Assembly (NCBI RefSeq): GCF_000012905.2
Contig: NC_007493.2
Coordinates: forward strand, 1,140,001 to 1,172,000
Source: Cereibacter sphaeroides 2.4.1
GTDB lineage: Bacteria; Pseudomonadota; Alphaproteobacteria; Rhodobacterales; Rhodobacteraceae
DNA length: 32,000 nucleotides
Reading direction: 5' to 3'
Part shown: positions 1 through 6,125 of the stretch, piece after piece
How positions within the stretch are numbered: the stretch's first letter is position 1
Layout: each line of letters begins with the position of its first letter
Program-made: the position numbers and the translations under genes
Notes under the pieces: model-generated
Seen by the model: only the letters and a program-made list of their open reading frames with translations
Told to the model about the DNA's origin: nothing
Database searches by the model: none

Positions 1-1
1 T

Positions 2-154
2 GCCTCCGGCACCGTAACGATGGACGCGCGCACCAAGGCCAAGATGCAGGGCTACGAGGGCGATCCCTGCGGCGAATGCGGCAACTACACGCTGGTCCGC
101 AACGGCACCTGCATGAAGTGCAACACCTGCGGCGGCACGAGCGGCTGCAGCTGA
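2..154 (+). CDS. nrdJ: 3' end of vitamin B12-dependent (class II) ribonucleotide reductase; partial, runs off the left edge
   Basis: Frame 2 is open from the window edge to TGA 152-154. It reads ...KAKMQGYEGDPCGECGNYTLVRNGTCMKCNTCGGTSGCS*, the Cys-rich CxxC...CxxC tail I recognise as the alphaproteobacterial NrdJ C-terminus. It is absent from the ORF track because it has no start in the window. Confidence 0.75.
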   Translation, partial: ASGTVTMDARTKAKMQGYEGDPCGECGNYTLVRNGTCMKCNTCGGTSGCS

Positions 155-192
155 GGGAATTGAGGTTGGAGCGTGAACGAGGGGGGAATAAA

Positions 193-258
193 CGCCCTTT
201 TCCCGTGATTTCGGCGCCCTTTTGTCGAGGTTATGGCGCCCTGTCCCAGTAAGCGGTT
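193..258. repeat. Three 22-bp-phased units, each starting CGCCCT, in the nrdJ-sleB spacer
   Basis: Read directly: CGCCCTTTTCCCGTGATTTCGG (193-214), CGCCCTTTTGTCGAGGTTATGG (215-236), CGCCCTGTCCCAGTAAGCGGTT (237-258). The first two are 16/22 identical; the third shares only the leading hexamer. Confidence 0.4.
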
Positions 259-526
259 GATATGATTGCGGTGGAGCGGCAACGCTGGTCGCTCCACCCC
301 GCGACCTCCCGGTCGGACCACCCGCGTTCCGCCAGGCGACTGCTTGGCGCCGCTTACACGGTCGCTGCCATGGCGATCCGGACGTCCGGCACCAGGAACC
401 CGAGCGGCGGATGTGATCCGTTCCTGGCGCCGAGGCCCCTCGCCGCGCGACGAGAACATCCGCCGACACCCGCCTTTCGCCGTCAGCGCAATCGACGGAG
501 CCTCAACCCTTGCAGATGGACCAGCG

Positions 527-1027
527 ATGAGCCTTCCCCGAGCAAGATCGACCATTGCCATGTGCCTCGCCCTGACAGCGCTGCTCGGGGCCTGCGGACG
601 CAGCCCGCAGGAGTGCATGGAGCGGGCGATGTATTTTGAATCCAATCGCTCCAGCCGCGACGGGATGGTCGCTGTGGGCAGCGTGGTGATGAACCGTGTC
701 GAGTCCGGCCAGTACCCGAAGTCGGTCTGCGGCGTCGTCGGCCAGCGGTTCCAGTTCGCTCCTCGCATCATGTCCCGCCGGATGGACTCGCGGTCCTTGC
801 CGCTGGTGCGCGAGACCGCCCGCTCCGTCCTGAAAGGCGAACGCCATCCGATGATCGGCGACGCGATGTTCTTCCACACCGCCGGCCACCGCTTCCCCTA
901 CGACAACATGCACTATGTGCTCGTGACGGGCGGGAACGCCTTCTACGAGAGGCGCCCGAGCGCCCTCGTGACGCAGCCTGTGCCGCCGCAACCCATGGAA
1001 GGCCTGACGGGCTGGCGAGGCTGGTGA
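527..1027 (+). CDS. SleB-type cell wall hydrolase family lipoprotein
   Basis: This is the internal ATG 527 of track ORF 266..1027. It gives MSLPRARSTIAMCLALTALLGAC with a lipobox LGAC. The rest matches the Hydrolase_2/SleB pattern (AMYFESNRSS..G..AVGSVVMNRVESGQYPKSVCGVVGQ..QF, FFHT, NAFYER). The upstream 87 codons are Arg/Pro-rich and not coding-like. Confidence 0.8.
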   Translation: MSLPRARSTIAMCLALTALLGACGRSPQECMERAMYFESNRSSRDGMVAVGSVVMNRVESGQYPKSVCGVVGQRFQFAPRIMSRRMDSRSLPLVRETARSVLKGERHPMIGDAMFFHTAGHRFPYDNMHYVLVTGGNAFYERRPSALVTQPVPPQPMEGLTGWRGW

Positions 1028-1120
1028 TCGTCCGCACTGACGGCAATCCTGGATCTGCAGCGATCCAGTAGTCCTGCTCCGGCGTCACGGTGCCTCCTTC
1101 GCGCGCCAATGTGACCAGGC

Positions 1121-1172
1121 TGTCAATCGGCTTCCAAAACTGACCCCGGATCGGCGTCCAATTTTCACCCCC
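1121..1172. repeat. Terminal inverted-repeat region of the IS21-family element with duplicated subterminal motif
   Basis: TGTCAATCGGC, then TTCCAAAACTGACCCC (1132-1147) and GTCCAATTTTCACCCC (1156-1171). This CCAA-N4-(T/C)-(G/C)ACCCC type multi-repeat end is typical of IS21-family termini. The exact outer boundary is uncertain (1110 or 1121). Confidence 0.6.
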
Positions 1173-1260
1173 CCCGGCTCTGCGAGATCAGGGCCTGAGC
1201 CGACGGAACGGTCAGGGTGTGGAGGCGGCTCAGGCGCTGAGCGGGCTCGCGTGCTGAGGG

Positions 1261-1988
1261 TCAAGCGCGGTTCTTGAAGCGCCAGCTCTCGTTGCCGGTC
1301 TCGATGATCTCGCAGTGGTGCGTGAGCCGGTCGAGGAGCGCGGTGGTCATCTTGGCGTCGCCGAAGACGGTCGGCCACTCGCCGAAGGCGAGGTTGGTGG
1401 TGACGATGATCGAGGTGCGTTCGTAGAGACGGCTGATGAGGTGGAAGAGCAACTGTCCGCCAGCCTGGGCGAACGGCAGGTAGCCAAGTTCGTCGAGGAT
1501 CACGAAGTCGAGGCGGCCGAGATAGTCGGCGGTTCGGCCCTGCTTTCCGCTGCGGGTTTCGGCTTCGAGCTTGTTCACGAGGTCGACGACGTTGAAGAAG
1601 CGACCGCGGGTGCCATTGCGGATGAGCGCGCGGGCAATGGCGATGGCGAGATGGCTCTTGCCGGTGCCTGTTCCGCCGATGAGCACGACGTTGCGCTGGT
1701 CGGCGACGAGGCTCCGGTGGCCAGTTCGCGCACCAGGGCTTCGTTGACCGGCGTGCCGGTGAAGTCGAACTGCTCTATGTCCTTTACCAGCGGCAGCTTG
1801 GCGATCGTCATCTGGCAGCGGATCGAGCGCGCCTGCTTCTCGGCTATCTCGGACTGGAGCAGGTCGCCGACGATCCTCGGTGGCTCGTGCTGGCGCTTGA
1901 TGCCGTTCGCCATGACCTCGTCATAGGCGCTGCGCATCCCGTAGAGCTTGAGGGCGGTCATCAGGTCGAGGATCTGGGTGCGGTCCAT
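1261..1988 (-). pseudogene. istB: istB (IS21-family ATP-binding transposition helper), inactivated by a frameshift near 1711-1713
   Basis: The N-terminal part [26 protein letters not shown]...VRELATG starts at ATG 1988 behind SD AGGAGG. The C-terminal part (L)[25 protein letters not shown]...DELGYLPF...[24 protein letters not shown] is in another frame, ending at TGA 1261-1263. Two nucleotides separate the two frames, so one base is missing. Confidence 0.85.
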
Positions 1989-3033
1989 GTCGGCTGGTCC
2001 TCCTGAGGCTGTCGTATCTGGCGCAGTCGGCCACCGGCGCATGGGTCAGGCGCAGGCCGGCGGGCGTCAGCAGCAGCGGTGGCGGGGCGGCATCCTTGCG
2101 ACGGGCCAGGATGTTGATGATGACAGGGGCGGAATGGACGGCCTGGTCGAGGGCCTCGCGGCAGGCGGACTCGACCGCCGGCAATCCATCGGCTGCGACA
2201 CAGCTCAGGATCTGGACCATCTGGCGGTCGCCGTCGTCCGAGCCCGCCAGCTTGCGCCGGATTGCGGCCAGCGCGGGCGGCAGCACCCAGTCGCGGAAGG
2301 GCGCGCCATTGCGCAGGGCACCCGGTGTGCGGGCCAGAACAGGCACATAGTGCCATGGGTCGTAGACGGTCTGGCCGCGCCCGAAGACCCTTTGGTGCTC
2401 GCCGACGATGACGCCGTCCTGCCGGATGACGATCCGATCGGCATAGGCGTGGACCTCGACCGGGTGCCCGACCGCCGTGGCCAGCACAGAATACTTGTTG
2501 TTGTCGAACCTGACGGTGCAGGTCTTGGAGACGGACGCGGTCACGCTGTGGAAGCCGTCGAAGGGCCCGACATAGGGCACGAGGTTGGGGCGCTCGGCTT
2601 CGAACATCTCCCAGATCGTCCGCTCGGATTGCTCGGGATGCTTGTGCGCCTTGGCGTAGGCCACGCACTTGTCCAGCAGCCAGGCGTTCAACTCCTCGAG
2701 GCTCTGGACCCGTAGCCGGGGCGTGAAGAACCGCTCGCGGACGAGGCCGACCTGGTTCTCGACCTGGCCCTTCTCCCAGCCCGACGCGGGGGTGCAGGCG
2801 ACAGGTTCGACCAGGAAGTGGCTGCACATCTGCAGGAAGCGCCGGTTGTACTTCCGCTCCTTGCCCGTGAAGACCGCCTCCACCGCCGTCTTCATGTTGT
2901 CGTAGATCCCGCGCGTGCAGGTCCCCCTGAAGAAGGCGAAGGCCCGGTCATGGGCGTCGAACACCATCTCCTGCGTCTCGCGGGGATAGGCGCGGATGAA
3001 GAACATCCGGCTGTGGCAGAGCCGGACAGCCGA
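1921..3033 (-). pseudogene. istA: istA (IS21-family DDE transposase), 5'-truncated: HTH and first part of the catalytic domain missing
   Basis: (AV)RLCHSRMFFIRAYPRETQEMVFDAHDRAFAFFRGTCTRGIYDNMKTAVEAV... matches the conserved IstA core (SHSR..AYP.Q..EM.FDAH...RGIYDNMKTAV). The frame hits a stop at 3034-3036, and nothing IstA-like lies upstream. Confidence 0.85.
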
Positions 3034-3068
3034 TCAATCTGGCTGTTCGGTCAACGGAGATTCTCGGC

Positions 3069-4271
3069 ATGTGCGTCCTTCGCCACCCGCGAGTCGAGAT
3101 GGCGACGCAGACCGAGGACGATTGGGACGCGGCCGGCGCGGTCGGCTACGGCTTCACCTCGCGCGGCGCCGAAGGCATTCGGGAAGCTCTCGATGTCATC
3201 CGCGCGCGGCCATGCGTCACCCGCAAGCAGGGCGGACCCCAGGCGATCTTCGGGCGTCTCTACCAGTGGCTCCAGTACAACAAGAGCGGGAAGGATCGCG
3301 GCCCGATCCGCGATGTGGTCCGCGAGTACTTCCTCGACACGATGCCGATCGAGCCCGGCACGAAGCTCTTCGGCGAACCGGTGGAAGTGCGGCGTCGGCA
3401 CTCGGTGGCAAGCCTCGCACGACAGTTCGGCTTGAACTATCGGACAATGAACCGCGCGCTCGTCCTGACCGGCGTGATGCCGGACGGGGAGGCGGACGTC
3501 CTCGACCGGTTGCTGACGGTCGACGCCGTGGCCGGAGAGCGTCTGGCCGATCGCATGCGGCGTTCGCTTTCCATGGCTGCGATGCCGGAGTACCTGAACT
3601 GCGGTCGGCTTCAGGCCGAGGCGCTGATCCGGCATCGCGTGATCCCACGCATTGGCGAGAACCCGAGCACCGGGCAGTTCGGGCTGAACTCGATCGCGGT
3701 CGAGGATGTCGACGCCTTCCTCGACCGCTTCCGGTCGGCAGGAGGCAACACGGTGCCGCCGAGGACGGAGTTCACAAACGTGGTGGAGGCGTCGAGGATC
3801 CTTCGCTGTCCCGCCATCGACATCATCAAGCTCGTGCTTGCCGGTCGGCTGAGCCGCGTCGCCCTTCTGCCCCGCGAGCTGAAGCTCAAGTCCGTCCTCG
3901 TCGATCCCGAAGAAGTTCTGGCCCGGCTGCGCGATGGCGGCACCGATGGCCGCCTGTCCGTCATCCAGGCGGCGGAGCGACTGGGGCTCGAAGCATGGGC
4001 TGTCCGGAACCTGACGGTGGCAACGGATCAGGAGGGCAGGGTGCTTCTTCCGGCGATCGAAGGGACGGATGCTGTCGGAGATCCCTGTCTTCATCTTGAT
4101 CCCTGCGTCGTCGAAACCTTCGCCGACGCGCATGTCGAGCTCCAGGCGCTCGCTGCAGAGCGTGAAGTTTCCGTGAAGGCCTTGCAGGCGGAACTGTCGC
4201 GGAGGCGGATCCGGCCGATCCTGCCGAAGTGCTCGTTGAACAGGTTGATCTTCCGACGCCACGACCTCTGA
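3069..4271 (+). CDS. Hypothetical protein; probable 5'-truncated TniQ/TnsD-family transposition protein (C-terminal about 400 aa only)
   Basis: The frame has high GC3 and is coding-like, while its 403-aa antisense partner is not. The frame is open from 3000, but the sequence abuts the IS21 remnant at about 3034. The segment ...FGEPVEVRRRHSVASLARQFGLNYRTMNRALVLTGVMP... resembles the central HTH-like region of long alphaproteobacterial TniQ-family proteins as I remember them. No N-terminal Zn-finger TniQ domain is present. The family call is tentative. Confidence 0.5.
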   Translation: MCVLRHPRVEMATQTEDDWDAAGAVGYGFTSRGAEGIREALDVIRARPCVTRKQGGPQAIFGRLYQWLQYNKSGKDRGPIRDVVREYFLDTMPIEPGTKLFGEPVEVRRRHSVASLARQFGLNYRTMNRALVLTGVMPDGEADVLDRLLTVDAVAGERLADRMRRSLSMAAMPEYLNCGRLQAEALIRHRVIPRIGENPSTGQFGLNSIAVEDVDAFLDRFRSAGGNTVPPRTEFTNVVEASRILRCPAIDIIKLVLAGRLSRVALLPRELKLKSVLVDPEEVLARLRDGGTDGRLSVIQAAERLGLEAWAVRNLTVATDQEGRVLLPAIEGTDAVGDPCLHLDPCVVETFADAHVELQALAAEREVSVKALQAELSRRRIRPILPKCSLNRLIFRRHDL

Positions 4272-4294
4272 ACCCGCGATTTCGGGTTTTCATG

Positions 4295-4320
4295 CGGCCG
4301 CCCTCCGGGCGGCCGTTTCT
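4295..4320 (+). terminator. Rho-independent terminator after the TniQ-like ORF
   Basis: CGGCCGCCC (4295-4303), loop TCC, GGGCGGCCG (4307-4315), then TTTCTCATT. It is preceded by a weaker hairpin AACCCG-CGATTT-CGGGTT-TTC at 4271-4291. Confidence 0.7.
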
Positions 4321-4562
4321 CATTCCGGCCCCGTCATATTCTGCACTGCTCGAGAGGGCGCCAATTGGCGCACACAAAGGACAGATTGCCGGCCGAAGCG
4401 AAAGCTGCTGCGAGCAAAAACAACAACTTGGCTCTTCTGATGAGGGCGTTATTTCTCGGATTCAACAGAGCGCGGAAGTACCCAGTTCCGCGCTCCATTC
4501 GCGACCCGTAGGGGAGGCTACGCACCCTGAAGCACGGCCGCACGGAAGCAACAATCCTGAAC

Positions 4563-4604
4563 TTTTCCACCGATTTCCACCAAGCTGTGGATGAGTGTGG
4601 ATAA
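4563..4604. promoter_or_regulatory. Array of four DnaA-box-like 9-mers, two plus two convergent, with 10-bp phasing
   Basis: TGTGGATAA 4596-4604 is the exact reverse complement of the DnaA-box consensus TTATCCACA. TGTGGATGA 4586-4594 matches 8/9. On the other strand sense, TTTTCCACC 4563-4571 matches 7/9 and ATTTCCACC 4573-4581 matches 6/9. The array lies 17 to 58 nt upstream of ATG 4621. Confidence 0.5.
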
Positions 4605-4620
4605 CTTTGGGAGACTACCC

Positions 4621-4764
4621 ATGAAGAAGAAGTCCGAGATCACGAGCGCAAAAGCGGCCTCGGCAGCCAGCAAAGTGCTCCGCGACCCCAAATCGAGTGC
4701 CGCCGCGAAAACTGCCGCCGGTTCTGCATTGACGCAGAGGCCGGCTCAGAAGAAGCCGCGCTAG
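4621..4764 (+). CDS. Small Lys/Ala/Ser-rich protein (47 aa), not in the ORF track (below its length cut-off)
   Basis: SD GGGAGA (4609-4614) lies 6 nt before the ATG. Translation: MKKKSEITSAKAASAASKVLRDPKSSAAAKTAAGSALTQRPAQKKPR*. About 74% of codons end in G/C. There is an internal two-fold repeat (SAKAASAASKVL / SAAAKTAAGSAL). Confidence 0.5.
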   Translation: MKKKSEITSAKAASAASKVLRDPKSSAAAKTAAGSALTQRPAQKKPR

Positions 4765-4925
4765 GCTTTGACCTGGAACCCATGCTCCAGTTTCTTCGCC
4801 TGAACAGGGCGGAGGACTGCGGCGGGGTCGCGGATGCGCGTCATGTCGTCTCTCTGCAATGCAAAACTCGCGGACGACGCCATTCCATTCCGGGCCAGCT
4901 GATCCGGTCCATCAGCTTCCGCCTG

Positions 4926-5765
4926 TCAGTCCCTCTCGAAGGCAACCCGGATGTCGGCCAGCGGCGCGTGATAGGGCATCGACGTCATCAGCACATCCGC
5001 GCCGCTGGTGGCATAGGCGGCCGCGAGAGATATGGGGATCGCACCGACGGCGATCAGCTGGCCCGTCCATCCCCGATCGAGCGACCGCGCGGTGGCGGCT
5101 ACCTCTTCCGGCCGCATCTTCCGAAGCTGGATCATATCGGCGCCGAGGTCCGCGGCCGCCAGCGCGTGTGCGAGGGTCTCCACCTCGACGGCGACGGCGC
5201 GGCCGGGATCGGTCTGGCGCATTTGCGCCACCCGGTCCCGGACAGAGGCCGCGCCCTCGAAGGCGAAATGCTCGGCGAGAATGAGGGTGGGGGTCGGGGA
5301 TGCTCCGAGTTGGACCACGGCGCCGCCCGAGACCGCCGCCTTGAGCGCCAGAGGACGCGCACCTGGGATCGCCTTCCGCGGACAGGCGACGACAATCCCC
5401 GGGTTGGCCGCCCGGGCCGCCGCGACGAAGTCGGCGGTGGCGGTCGCGACACCGGACGCCCATTCGATCAGGGACTGCGCCGGTTGCCAGCCGGAGGTGA
5501 GGGACGCGAGCGGGCCCCGCGCCGCCACGAGGAGGTCGTCCGTCTCGACGCGTGCCCCGCTTGCGGCCGCGATGTCCACGGCGCAGCCCAGCAGGGTGAA
5601 GATGCGCTCGGCCTCTTCCAGACCGCAGACGGTGCCGGCGGCGCCGGCCCGCAGGGTGACGGTCATCCCTCGGCTGTCGTGCGATGTCGCCTCTGCGACG
5701 GTCACTCCGGGATGCCGATCCCGCTTCAGGAGACAGTGGAGCGCCACATCGTCCAGCATCAGCAT
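4926..5765 (-). CDS. modD: ModD protein (quinolinate/nicotinate phosphoribosyltransferase-like, molybdenum-transport associated)
   Basis: Track ORF 4926..5816. The likely start is MLMLDDVALHCLLKRD at ATG 5765 (5759 also possible). The body shows the ModD/NadC-like pattern (TVCGLEEAERIF, KAIPGARPLALKAAVSGGA, LILAEH, AVEVETL, GADMIQLRKM). No modABC or modE is in the window. Confidence 0.7.
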   Translation of the reverse strand: MLMLDDVALHCLLKRDRHPGVTVAEATSHDSRGMTVTLRAGAAGTVCGLEEAERIFTLLGCAVDIAAASGARVETDDLLVAARGPLASLTSGWQPAQSLIEWASGVATATADFVAAARAANPGIVVACPRKAIPGARPLALKAAVSGGAVVQLGASPTPTLILAEHFAFEGAASVRDRVAQMRQTDPGRAVAVEVETLAHALAAADLGADMIQLRKMRPEEVAATARSLDRGWTGQLIAVGAIPISLAAAYATSGADVLMTSMPYHAPLADIRVAFERD

Positions 5766-5877
5766 GCGAGGCCATCCTTCGCTGCGCAGGATCCGCGCTC
5801 TGCCGCGAAAGCGCATTCGGGATGCGCCTCGCGGGACGGTCCGCCTTGGGCCTTCATTCGATCCGCCATTGCCTCAC

Positions 5878-5902
5878 CGCTATGTTTCTCGACTACATAA
5901 CG
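5878..5902. promoter_or_regulatory. Candidate Mo-box (ModE/MopA-type operator) about 115 nt upstream of modD
   Basis: CGCTATGT-TTCTCGACT-ACATAACG has dyad half-sites CGCTATGT and CGTTATGT (7/8). It contains TATGT-N8-TACAT, close to the ModE consensus TATAT-N7-TAYAT and to the E. coli modA operator as I recall it (CGTTATAT..TACATAACG). It sits in a local AT-rich patch. Confidence 0.45.
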
Positions 5903-6081
5903 AAGCGGAAGCACGAGTCGTGCCAGGGCGGAAGCGGCTCCGGGTCGGGGGCCGACGTCGCAATCCCGACCCTCGGTGTCGGACTTGCGACCGGTAGTGG
6001 GCCGGTTGCTGACGAGGGGTGCGGAGACTGGCTGGACGTTCCAGCCGCGGGCAGGCCGTGCTGCGCGGTCATCAGGGCCCG

Positions 6082-6119
6082 GGCGAAAGGGGAGCACCGG
6101 CGGGGCAGGCCGCCGGTGC
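6082..6119 (-). terminator. Rho-independent terminator of glmS
   Basis: On the minus strand, 6 nt after the TAA: GCACCGGCGG-CCTGCC-CCGCCGGTGC (10-bp stem; plus coordinates 6094-6103 / 6110-6119), followed by TCCCCTTTCG. Confidence 0.7.
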
Positions 6120-6125
6120 GGATGC

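Larger units (their letters stand above)
1121..3033 (-). mobile_element. IS21-family insertion sequence remnant: istB-side end present, istA-side end and the first part of istA deleted
   Basis: istA-like and istB-like reading frames lie in the canonical order on the minus strand. A TGT-initiated end at 1121 (or 1110) is followed by two subterminal direct repeats. istA homology stops abruptly near 3033. Confidence 0.85.

Noticed and set aside
768-1109. Minus-strand ORF preceded by a strong-looking SD (GAAGGAGG, then GTG at about 1090) next to the IS end
   Set aside because: It runs antisense through the 3' third of the SleB-like gene and has no recognisable motifs. The SD-like string may be a relic of a destroyed gene start, but I cannot support a gene.
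4229-4594. Track ORFs 4229..4594 (+) and 4334..4570 (-) in the lower-GC spacer
   Set aside because: No SD, non-coding-like composition, and both cross two terminator hairpins. I treat the region as non-coding.
4761-4844. 27-codon minus-strand ORF (MTRIRDPAAVLRPVQAKKLEHGFQVKA) whose stop overlaps the stop of the 47-codon plus-strand ORF
   Set aside because: It is too short, has only a weak GAGAGA upstream and shows no supporting features. It is indistinguishable from chance.
5766-6081. Moco riboswitch or other structured leader upstream of modD, based on a CCGAG-containing hairpin (GGGTCGGG 5942-49 pairing with CCCGACCC 5965-72, loop containing CGACGTCG)
   Set aside because: I cannot reproduce the Moco motif consensus from memory well enough. 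The hairpin also lies upstream of the candidate Mo-box/promoter, so it is probably outside the modD transcript. An Rfam RF01055 scan would settle it.
5759-6097. 112-aa minus-strand ORF overlapping the modD start
   Set aside because: No motifs, a random-looking sequence, and it crosses the candidate operator. Probably spurious.
6082-6125. Canonical Tn7 insertion at attTn7, about 25 bp past the glmS stop
   Set aside because: The glmS terminator is intact, there is no sequence discontinuity, and no Tn7-type terminal repeats lie nearby. Only the weaker island-at-hotspot inference is retained.
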